Program-made: the position numbers and the translations under genes
In this document: positions 26,888-34,470 of the stretch, piece after piece
Layout: each line of letters opens with the position of its first letter
Numbering within the stretch: position 1 is the stretch's first letter
The notes under the pieces: model-generated
Databases searched by the model: none
Seen by the model: only the letters and a program-made list of their open reading frames with translations
Told to the model about the DNA's origin: nothing
DNA from: Parcubacteria group bacterium Gr01-1014_13
Lineage (GTDB): Bacteria > Patescibacteriota > Patescibacteriia > Magasanikbacterales > GWA2-37-8
Direction: 5' to 3'
Assembly: GCA_007376295.1 (NCBI GenBank)
Contig: VMGB01000002.1
Span: forward strand, 2,843-66,842
DNA: 64,000 nt

Positions 26888-27991
26888 ATGTTCAACTCTT
26901 CAAATCTTCTCTGGTTTGGTTTAGTTTTAGCAGCTACGGCTGTTGTTTATTTTGTCCAAAGAAAAAAAGGCGGGTCTTTTTTCTCCAAATTTCAGGGTGG
27001 TAGTTCTAATACTCCTTTTCTAAGTTTGTACACCGTAGATTTCACCAAAATGGCCAAGGATGGCAAGTTAGATCCGGTTGTTGGCCGAGAAGAAGAGGTC
27101 CGAAAACTTACCCAGATTTTAGCCAGACGCGGAAAAAATAACGCTATGCTGATTGGTGATCCGGGAGTAGGCAAAACCGCTATTGTCGAGGGATTTGCCA
27201 ACCTCATTGCTAAGGGAGATATCCCAGATACGCTCAAAGACAAACGAGTATTGGCATTAGATGTAGCTGGCCTGCTATCTGGCACAAAATACCGTGGAGA
27301 ATTTGAAAACAGAGCTAAAAAAATCGTCCAGGAAATCAGCAACTCCCACCGTTCTATAATCCTTTTCATCGATGAAGTCCAATCTGTGGTTCAATCCCAG
27401 GGCAGCGAGGGCTCAATTAACTTTTCCGATATCCTCAAGCCAGCCCTAGCACGTGGTGATTTACAGATGATCGGGGCCACCACTGTAAATGAATATGAAA
27501 AATATATTAAAACCGATCTTAGTTTAGAAAGAAGATTCCAGCCGATAGAGGTTGGCGAACCAAGCGAAGATGAAACATTTACAATCATGACTGGAATCAA
27601 AGACAGATACAGAGAATACCACAAAGTAGAGTTTACCGATGCCGCTCTAAAAGCCGCTGTGGAATTAACTAAAAAAATGATTAATGACAGAAAGCTTCCG
27701 GATAAAGCTATTGATGCCATAGACGAAGCAGCTGCCATGGTGCGTGTTTCTCATCTTCACGGGGCAGTTTCGGCTGTGCTGTATAAAGCAGTGGCGGAAA
27801 AATATCCAAATGTGGAAACACTCTGGAAACAGATCCAAGATACTGATGCTAAAATTAGCCAAAGTACTGGCTCTGATAAAGAATCCGCCATCAAACAAAG
27901 AGAAGATCTGGAAGCTCAGTTATCGGCTGAGGGTATGTCTGTTGTTGATTCAAGCGACATTGAAAAAGTAGTAACAGAATGGGTTAAATAA
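26888..27991 (+). CDS. membrane-anchored ClpA/ClpB-like AAA+ D1 module only (truncated Clp ATPase, possible pseudogene)
   Basis: N-terminal TM instead of the Clp N-domain. Walker A GDPGVGKT and Walker B ILFIDE. The ORF stops at the D1/D2 junction (...DIEKVVTEWVK). Confidence 0.55.
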   Translation: MFNSSNLLWFGLVLAATAVVYFVQRKKGGSFFSKFQGGSSNTPFLSLYTVDFTKMAKDGKLDPVVGREEEVRKLTQILARRGKNNAMLIGDPGVGKTAIVEGFANLIAKGDIPDTLKDKRVLALDVAGLLSGTKYRGEFENRAKKIVQEISNSHRSIILFIDEVQSVVQSQGSEGSINFSDILKPALARGDLQMIGATTVNEYEKYIKTDLSLERRFQPIEVGEPSEDETFTIMTGIKDRYREYHKVEFTDAALKAAVELTKKMINDRKLPDKAIDAIDEAAAMVRVSHLHGAVSAVLYKAVAEKYPNVETLWKQIQDTDAKISQSTGSDKESAIKQREDLEAQLSAEGMSVVDSSDIEKVVTEWVK

Positions 27992-28035
27992 ATATCTCAA
28001 GGTCGATAAATATTTTAATTATATAAAATTTTACT

Positions 28036-28479
28036 ATGCCAACTGATACTTTAACAAAAACTAAAACTAAAACAAAACTTTTAATAGCCACTGCTGCTTT
28101 AGCCGCGGCCGGCGGACTGGCTTTTATTATGTTACCAAGGCTTTCTTCTTCCCTTACGACTACCAAAACTGCCATTACCAGTACCAGTAGTCTCATTTGC
28201 GTAGATTCCGACGGAGGAAACAAGCCAGGTACAAAAGGAACGGCTAGTGTTCAAGACACTGCCAATAATTACAATGTAGTCACCTCTGGCACAGATTATT
28301 GTATATTCTCTACTGCACTAATAGAATTTAACTGTTTAAGCAGTTCTACTATAGAACAATCTCTAGCTTCCTGTACTTATGGTTGTACATCCGGATTTTG
28401 CGCGTCCCAATTTTCTCTTCCAACTACTCTGCCAAAAACGGAGGTATATCAAACATCAACAAATGTACTAACGCAATAA
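28036..28479 (+). CDS. secreted Thr/Cys-rich small protein, paralog 1 (shared N-terminal KLLIATAALAAAGGLAF)
   Basis: Signal/anchor segment near-identical to the next ORF. 12 Cys in the C-terminal half. Confidence 0.45.
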   Translation: MPTDTLTKTKTKTKLLIATAALAAAGGLAFIMLPRLSSSLTTTKTAITSTSSLICVDSDGGNKPGTKGTASVQDTANNYNVVTSGTDYCIFSTALIEFNCLSSSTIEQSLASCTYGCTSGFCASQFSLPTTLPKTEVYQTSTNVLTQ

Positions 28480-28480
28480 T

Positions 28481-28723
28481 ATGGATAAACTACTTAATAA
28501 AAATATGCAAACAATAACTTCAACTACAACTAAATCAATCACCAAAACAAAAATGCTGATCGCTACTGCTGCTTTGGCAGCCGCGGCTGGGCTGGCTTTT
28601 CTTGCGACTCCAAAACTGCAATCTCCGACTAACACTAATACCACTACTACCAGTCCAACCCTTGCGGAATACAGCATTATCACCGCAGTAATCAATGTAA
28701 TCAATGTGCTCACTAGTAAATAG
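28481..28723 (+). CDS. secreted Thr-rich small protein, paralog 2
   Basis: Shares the KMLIATAALAAAAGLAF segment with 28036..28479. Confidence 0.4.
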   Translation: MDKLLNKNMQTITSTTTKSITKTKMLIATAALAAAAGLAFLATPKLQSPTNTNTTTTSPTLAEYSIITAVINVINVLTSK

Positions 28724-28740
28724 GAAAAAATTGTCTACCA

Positions 28741-28776
28741 AAAAACCATCCCGACTTAATCGGGATGGTTTTTTAA
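28741..28776. terminator. bidirectional intrinsic terminator
   Basis: ACCATCCCGA-CTTAA-TCGGGATGGT hairpin flanked by A6 and T6. Confidence 0.7.
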
Positions 28777-28796
28777 ATTAAATTACTAAAAACGGA

Positions 28797-29081
28797 TTAT
28801 TTAACAGGGTCAACCCCACCTTTAGTCCAAGGATTACAACGCAAAATACGCCAAGCTGTTTTGAGGATACCGATTATTAGGCCGTATTTCTGGATACTTT
28901 GGTAGCCATATTCACTACAAGTAGGGTAAAACCGGCAATAACCGTGCGGAAAAGCAGCTTTAAACAAGCCATGATCCGGAGAGATAGTATTTTGATAGAA
29001 TTTTATTAATAACAAAATTGGTTTTCTTGGCAGAGTTAAGAGAAAATGTACTATTTTATTACTCATACGCTTTATATTCAC
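28797..29081 (-). CDS. yidD: membrane protein insertion efficiency factor YidD
   Basis: [10 protein letters not shown]...AI.KYG...RILRCNPW signature. Confidence 0.85.
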   Translation of the reverse strand: MNIKRMSNKIVHFLLTLPRKPILLLIKFYQNTISPDHGLFKAAFPHGYCRFYPTCSEYGYQSIQKYGLIIGILKTAWRILRCNPWTKGGVDPVK

Positions 29082-29128
29082 CCCCTGAATTTACAGAATT
29101 TATCCGCTTCACGGAGAACGATAAATAT

Positions 29129-29524
29129 CTATGCTTTTAAAACTTTCCCGCGGCTTAACAATAACTTCAATTCTGCGCTAATCTCTGCATAATTTTTATC
29201 CAAAACTTCCTTTTTTGCCACTATTAAAACATAAAAACCAATTTTTAATAGATTATCCTTAATTAGAAGCCGGATGGCTTCCCTGATCTGCCGGCGCACC
29301 CGATTCCGCTTTACAGCGCTTTTATGCACCTTTAAACCGGCTGCAATGGCTAACTTTAGCTGTTTTTTGAAACTTTCCGGATCTTCTTTTTTGGGAAAAA
29401 AGTTTTGATTCTTGGCTAACTCTAATACTTTGATATCCAAAAACCGGCCATTTACCCATTGGCCATGCTTCATTACCAAGTTAAAGTCTCTTAATTTCCT
29501 TAGTCGGTTGTCTTGCTGTAACAT
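29129..29524 (-). CDS. rnpA: ribonuclease P protein component
   Basis: Basic 131-aa protein with AVKRNRVRRQIREAIR. Located between rpmH and yidD, the classic order. Confidence 0.85.
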   Translation of the reverse strand: MLQQDNRLRKLRDFNLVMKHGQWVNGRFLDIKVLELAKNQNFFPKKEDPESFKKQLKLAIAAGLKVHKSAVKRNRVRRQIREAIRLLIKDNLLKIGFYVLIVAKKEVLDKNYAEISAELKLLLSRGKVLKA

Positions 29525-29575
29525 ATCTACAATATTACCATAATAAAACCCGCTTTAGAAGCGGGTCTTATGTTA

Positions 29576-29755
29576 TTAACGTGTTTTTCTAGTTCTCTTT
29601 CCCTTTCTCTCGTCAGAAACCGTAAGTTTCTTTCGTCCTTTTAGGCGTCTGCGGCTTAAAACTCCGCGTCCACCTTTAGTTTTCATTCTAGCGCGAAAAC
29701 CATGGGACTTAGCTCGCTTTCTTTTCTTTGGTTGATAGGTTCTCTTTGTTGACAT
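29576..29755 (-). CDS. rpmH: 50S ribosomal protein L34 (59 aa, C-terminally extended)
   Basis: Hand translation: [46 protein letters not shown]... Absent from the ORF track because it is under 60 aa. Confidence 0.8.
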   Translation of the reverse strand: MSTKRTYQPKKRKRAKSHGFRARMKTKGGRGVLSRRRLKGRKKLTVSDERKGKRTRKTR

Positions 29756-29984
29756 ATTTTTAAAAGACCATTAAGATTTACAGAGAGATTATACGTCACT
29801 TTTTAAACTCTGTCAAGCCGGTAAGAAAAATTTCCCACACCTATCCCCAGTTCATCCCCATTCTTTCCCCTCACATCTTTTCTTCACTATTGGTCCTTAT
29901 TTCTTACTGTGATAGAATTAAATTTCCGAAGAACTCTTAGGGCGCTTCTAAAAATTTTAACTCTCTACTTTTTCAACCTCGTTT

Positions 29985-31379
29985 ATGTCCAACCACGAAA
30001 TATGGCAAGCTGTTCTGGCAGAGCTAGAATTGTCTATTTCTAAACCAAATTTTGTAACTTGGTTTAAAAATACTGACATAATCTCCTACCAAGATGGCTG
30101 TGCTGTCGTGTGTGTTCCCAATGAATTTAATCGTGCCTGGATGGAAAAAAAATACAATCAAATGATTGTTAAATCTCTGGAGAGAGTAACCGGAAAACCG
30201 ATAAAAAAACTTGAGTATAAAATCTGTAGTATTAAAAATATCCCTGCTCAACAACCGGTTAGTCAACAGGAAAACAAAGTTGAAGAATTTTCCACTATTT
30301 CTACAAGTTCTGCTCCAAGTGAAGCAGCCGTTCCGCCGCGAATAGGTGAATTTGGTTTAAATCAAAAATATGTTTTTGAAACTTTTGTAGTTGGCGGCGG
30401 TTCCGAACTAGCTTATGCTGCCGCTCAAGCGGTGGTAAACAAACCCGGCGAAGCTTACAACCCGTTATTTATCTATGGCGGTGTCGGATTAGGTAAAACT
30501 CATCTTATCCAAGCTATTGGTAATCATATTTTAGCTGTCCGGCCCCAAACCAGTATCATGTATGCTAGCGCCGAGAAGTTTACCAACGACTATATCTCTT
30601 CAATGCGCGATGGTAGCGCTAAAAATTTTCAAAACAGATACCGCAACATCGATGTTTTACTTATCGACGACATTCAATTCATTTCTGGTAAAGAAAAAAG
30701 CCAGGAATCTTTCTTCCATACCTTCAATGACTTACACCAACAGAACAAGCAGGTGGTAATGACCTCTGACAGGCCACCAAAAGCCATTCCTGCCCTAGAA
30801 GACCGCTTAAAATCACGTTTTGAGTGGGGTATGATTGTAGATGTGGCTCCACCAGACCTAGAGACACGCATCGCTATTTTACAAAAAAAGTGTCTAGAAA
30901 AGAGTTTTGCTCTGGCCCAAAACATTTTACAAGTAGTAGCCGCCACCTTCCAACGAAACATCCGTGAATTAGAAGGTGCGTTAAACAAAATTATCGCTTT
31001 CCACCAACTAAAGGCTATGGAACCGACTCTAGAATCGGTAAAATCACTTCTTTCTAGTTTAGAAGTACGATCTATCCACCGTTCAGTCACACCCCAACAG
31101 ATTATAGATGCGGCTAGTCAGTTCTACGCGATAAATATTTCCGACCTACTTGGCCAAAGCAGAGAAAAAAAGTTCTCCTTCCCTCGCCAAATCATTATGC
31201 ACTTGATGAGAAAAGAACTTAGTATGTCTTATCCAGCCATCGGCAACGAACTTGGCGGCCGAGATCACACCACAGCTATGCACGCTGATAATAAAATAAC
31301 TCGTGAATCAGAAAATGATTTGAAATTGAAACAAGAAATAGAGTTAATAAAACAAAAATTGTATATAAACATGATGTAA
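29985..31379 (+). CDS. dnaA: chromosomal replication initiator DnaA
   Basis: 464 aa. AAA+ domain with GGVGLGKTHL Walker A. C-terminal DNA-binding helix. Confidence 0.95.
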   Translation: MSNHEIWQAVLAELELSISKPNFVTWFKNTDIISYQDGCAVVCVPNEFNRAWMEKKYNQMIVKSLERVTGKPIKKLEYKICSIKNIPAQQPVSQQENKVEEFSTISTSSAPSEAAVPPRIGEFGLNQKYVFETFVVGGGSELAYAAAQAVVNKPGEAYNPLFIYGGVGLGKTHLIQAIGNHILAVRPQTSIMYASAEKFTNDYISSMRDGSAKNFQNRYRNIDVLLIDDIQFISGKEKSQESFFHTFNDLHQQNKQVVMTSDRPPKAIPALEDRLKSRFEWGMIVDVAPPDLETRIAILQKKCLEKSFALAQNILQVVAATFQRNIRELEGALNKIIAFHQLKAMEPTLESVKSLLSSLEVRSIHRSVTPQQIIDAASQFYAINISDLLGQSREKKFSFPRQIIMHLMRKELSMSYPAIGNELGGRDHTTAMHADNKITRESENDLKLKQEIELIKQKLYINMM

Positions 31380-31660
31380 AAAGTTAACAACCTGGGGATA
31401 ACAAATGTATAAGTGTAAAAATTTATTAACTTTTCACACACTTACGAGATAAGTTATAAACACCAACTGAAAAAATAAATTTCTTTCCACACACTTTATA
31501 GATTTATCCTCAACAAGTTTTGCACTGATAAAAAAATAAAAAACGTTTAGATTACAGTAAAAAAATAGTTTTACCACCTTATCCACTCCATTATAGTTAC
31601 GATTATAATTTATAAATAAATATTTAGACAATATAACGATGCAAATAAAATGAATAAAAA
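31380..31660. promoter_or_regulatory. candidate oriC: AT-rich dnaA-dnaN spacer with at least 5 DnaA-box-like 9-mers and an A/T-rich unwinding tract
   Basis: Box matches: TTATCCCCA (reverse, 31393), TTATAAACA (31453), CTTTCCACA (31484), TTATCCTCA (31504), TTATCCACT (31578). An AT-run lies at 31530..31575. Confidence 0.5.
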
Positions 31661-31690
31661 ACCCGCTGGTTGGCGGGTAAGGTAACAAAT
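31660..31690 (-). terminator. intrinsic terminator of the GC-rich gene C
   Basis: CCCGCCAACCAGCGGG hairpin plus T-tract on the minus strand. Confidence 0.6.
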
Positions 31691-31707
31691 AACTAAATTG
31701 TGTGCTG

Positions 31708-32004
31708 CTAGCGGTGACGACCGTTGTTGACTCGCCAGTAGCTGGCGCCGCGACTCTCACGACGCAGATCGCCGTCGCGGAGCCTGGCATCCTTGCGGAG
31801 GCCGACGGTGCGCGGGGAGGTCTGAGGATTGAACTCCCTCAGGTAGATACCCCGTTCGGAGACGTCTTCCACGATGTTGTGGAAGTGGTCGTCCTCGATG
31901 TCTTCAATGAGCTTGAGGGTATGGTCGGGGATCCAGCGGAAGCGACGGTTGACCTGGAAGTTGCCTTCGGGGTCGGCGGACGCGATCATCGTATCCTGCA
32001 GCAT
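31708..32004 (-). CDS. GC-rich (about 60%, GC3-biased) foreign-looking gene for a 98-aa hydrophilic protein, inserted between dnaA and dnaN
   Basis: Codon usage (CTG/GAC/ATC/GCG) unlike the host. RBS AGGAAGG. Host-type consensus promoter and terminator. Confidence 0.55.
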   Translation of the reverse strand: MLQDTMIASADPEGNFQVNRRFRWIPDHTLKLIEDIEDDHFHNIVEDVSERGIYLREFNPQTSPRTVGLRKDARLRDGDLRRESRGASYWRVNNGRHR

Positions 32005-32056
32005 CTAGAGATCCTTCCTGTAAAAGTGTGGTTTTTAGCCAAAATGGCTGGAGCAG

Positions 32057-32085
32057 ATAATATCACAAAAACACGATTTTGTCAA
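32057..32085 (-). promoter_or_regulatory. consensus promoter TTGACA-17-TATTAT for gene C
   Basis: Minus-strand TTGACA 32080..32085, TATTAT 32057..32062. Confidence 0.6.
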
Positions 32086-32107
32086 TATATAACAATAATC
32101 TACCTAT

Positions 32108-33229
32108 ATGAAATTCTTTTGTACTAGAGAAAACCTATCTAAAGCCTTAGCGCTAGTAATCGGTATAGCTGGAAAAAGCATTAATTTGCCTATACTTAGC
32201 AATGTTTTGATCCGGGCTAGTGAACAAAAAGTGGAATTTATTGCCACCAACCTGGAATTGGCTATAGTTTCCAATTTACGGGCTAAAATAGAAGAACCAG
32301 GGATGTTTACTGTCCCAGCCAGAACGCTAAACGACTTTGTAAACCTGCTTTCTGATGAAAAAGTAGAATTAAGACTAAAGGATAATGAGTTAGAGGTGGT
32401 TAGTGGTAAGTCGGCTACAAAGATAAAAGGTACTCCAGCAGATGAGTTTCCGGTTGTGCCGGTAGTTGGAGAGGGTAAAGGATATTTAATCGATGCAGAG
32501 GCCTTTAAAAGAGGTTTAGGACAGGTATCACAGGCTGCGGCCAAGACCGAGATTCGTCCAGAGTTGGCTGGAGTACTGTTTTGTTTTAATGATGAACCAA
32601 ACACTCTTACTATGGCCGCCACAGACAGTTATCGTTTGGCTGAAAAAAAGATAAAACTATTACAAGGTGAAGAAAAGGCGAGAATAATAATCCCTGCCCG
32701 TACAGCGCAGGAGATAAATCATATCCTATCTTTGTCAAAGGGTATGGAAAATGAAAAAAATGTCCGTTTACTAGTTACTGATAGTCAGGTAGTACTACGC
32801 TGTAACGAGGTGGAGTTAGTTTCTCGGTTGGTAGAGGGGCAATATCCGGATTATACCCAGATTATTCCAAAAGAATTCAAAACAGTGGCCGAATTTTCAA
32901 CAAATCAAATTACTAAAGAGATAAAAGCGGCTAGTTTGTTTACTACGACCGGTGTAAATGCGGTGAATTTTGATTTTGACACTGCCGCTGGCGCTATTTT
33001 AATCTCTTCTACATCTACCCAGACCGGCGAACACAAATCTGAAGTTACGTCGGATATTAAAGGAGATAAAAATAATATATTACTCAACCATAGATATGTT
33101 TTGGATGGTTTAGCAAATATCGATACGGAAAACTCTTTATTGAAAGTGATTAACGCAGACAGTCCTTGTGTTTTTGCGCCGAAGGAAGATAAAAATTTCG
33201 TTTATATTGTGATGCCGATTCGGCAGTAG
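32108..33229 (+). CDS. dnaN: DNA polymerase III beta sliding clamp
   Basis: 373 aa, three-domain clamp. MKFFCTRENLSKAL N-terminus. Follows dnaA. Confidence 0.95.
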   Translation: MKFFCTRENLSKALALVIGIAGKSINLPILSNVLIRASEQKVEFIATNLELAIVSNLRAKIEEPGMFTVPARTLNDFVNLLSDEKVELRLKDNELEVVSGKSATKIKGTPADEFPVVPVVGEGKGYLIDAEAFKRGLGQVSQAAAKTEIRPELAGVLFCFNDEPNTLTMAATDSYRLAEKKIKLLQGEEKARIIIPARTAQEINHILSLSKGMENEKNVRLLVTDSQVVLRCNEVELVSRLVEGQYPDYTQIIPKEFKTVAEFSTNQITKEIKAASLFTTTGVNAVNFDFDTAAGAILISSTSTQTGEHKSEVTSDIKGDKNNILLNHRYVLDGLANIDTENSLLKVINADSPCVFAPKEDKNFVYIVMPIRQ

Positions 33230-33252
33230 GTTTAATAAAATATTTTTAAATT

Positions 33253-33759
33253 ATGGACGAAGATACTAATAAATCAGTAGAGCAACAATTTGCTAAAATG
33301 CTAGCAGATCGGGAGTGGAATGATGTTAAGTATTCAAATGATAGGGAAAATAAAGTTTCAGATCAAATGATGGCTACGGAGGTGCAGGCATCTGCTATTT
33401 TTATAACGCTTCTGGGGGTTTTTCTTGGGAAGGGGGAAGGTTTGGTGTTTCTCGATAAATTATTTTTAGTGGTTGGAATTCTTTTGTTTGCTATAAGTAT
33501 TGTTTTTGGAATTTTGGGTTTTTATATTAAAGAATTGTTTTGGAAAGGTATGGCAAAAAAATATAATCTTTCTAGTTCAGAATGGGTTGAAGTTTGGAGA
33601 GGGAGATCAAAAGAGGAACATGCGTTAAAATTTGTGCAATTTATTAGAAATGGTGTTACTTACAATCAGTCACCATCCTGGCCGGTATTACTACAAATAG
33701 TCTTCTTTTTTCTTGGGTTAGTATTGTCTTTTATTGGTTTGGTCAGCGGTAGTTTTTAG
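33253..33759 (+). CDS. hypothetical membrane protein (168 aa, 4 TM)
   Basis: Hydrophobic ORF. Confidence 0.45.
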   Translation: MDEDTNKSVEQQFAKMLADREWNDVKYSNDRENKVSDQMMATEVQASAIFITLLGVFLGKGEGLVFLDKLFLVVGILLFAISIVFGILGFYIKELFWKGMAKKYNLSSSEWVEVWRGRSKEEHALKFVQFIRNGVTYNQSPSWPVLLQIVFFFLGLVLSFIGLVSGSF

Positions 33760-33866
33760 AGGTGTATCTTCTGAAAAAATTAAAAAATATACCCAGAACG
33801 GGGTGTTTAATATTGACACCGCGTTATATTTTTGTTATACATAAACTAACCTCAGTAGGAGAAATC

Positions 33867-34157
33867 ATGCCCGTTAAACAGAAGTGGAAGACGTTTTTCT
33901 TTGACTCCAACACATGGTTTGATGTGGTGGAAACACCGGACAAATTTAAAGATTTGTTGTACACGCATAATGGTAATCTAGAAGAAATTCTTGGTTCGAA
34001 GCGTTCGGTGATGTCAGAAGAGAAAAAACATACCGATGAAATGCCAAGGTTTGGTAATCGCCGTGAGCATGTTGGCGGTAAGCAAACTCTTGGTGAATGG
34101 TTAAAAGAAAACAAAATTGATTTGGGGTTTTTAAAATCCCAGAAAAGGAAAAAATAA
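33867..34157 (+). CDS. hypothetical protein (internal start with RBS AGGAGAA)
   Basis: Promoter TTGACA-17-TATACA at about 33803..33831. Basic C-terminus. Confidence 0.4.
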   Translation: MPVKQKWKTFFFDSNTWFDVVETPDKFKDLLYTHNGNLEEILGSKRSVMSEEKKHTDEMPRFGNRREHVGGKQTLGEWLKENKIDLGFLKSQKRKK

Positions 34158-34426
34158 TGCGTAAAGGAAGAGGGTTGGTTGAAGTGGAAATTTATGACGA
34201 GCTCCTTAAGATTACTGGTTGCGCAAAAATTCTTTTGGATAACATTTGTAATCACAGAGAAAATCCAAAAACAAAAAAGTTGTGCGCGGAAATTAATGAG
34301 GAAGCTTGGCCACAGGTTAAGAAGATGGTCGCAGACTTCAAGCGTCTAAAGGCACAAAAAAAGAAGACGTCTCCAGAACAACTTCCATCACCAGTTGAGG
34401 GTAAATACTCGGTAAGACGAAGATAA
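34157..34426 (+). CDS. hypothetical basic protein (89 aa)
   Basis: TAATG overlap with the upstream gene. Confidence 0.4.
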   Translation: MRKGRGLVEVEIYDELLKITGCAKILLDNICNHRENPKTKKLCAEINEEAWPQVKKMVADFKRLKAQKKKTSPEQLPSPVEGKYSVRRR

Positions 34427-34470
34427 GGAGAAAGAAAATTTAGGCAGCTAAAAAATAGCTGTCTGTTTTA

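Noticed and set aside
29756-29984. The rpmH-dnaA intergenic region as the main oriC.
   Set aside because: It contains only weak (7/9) DnaA-box matches. The dnaA-dnaN spacer has more and better boxes plus an AT-rich tract. It is probably just the dnaA promoter/autoregulatory region.
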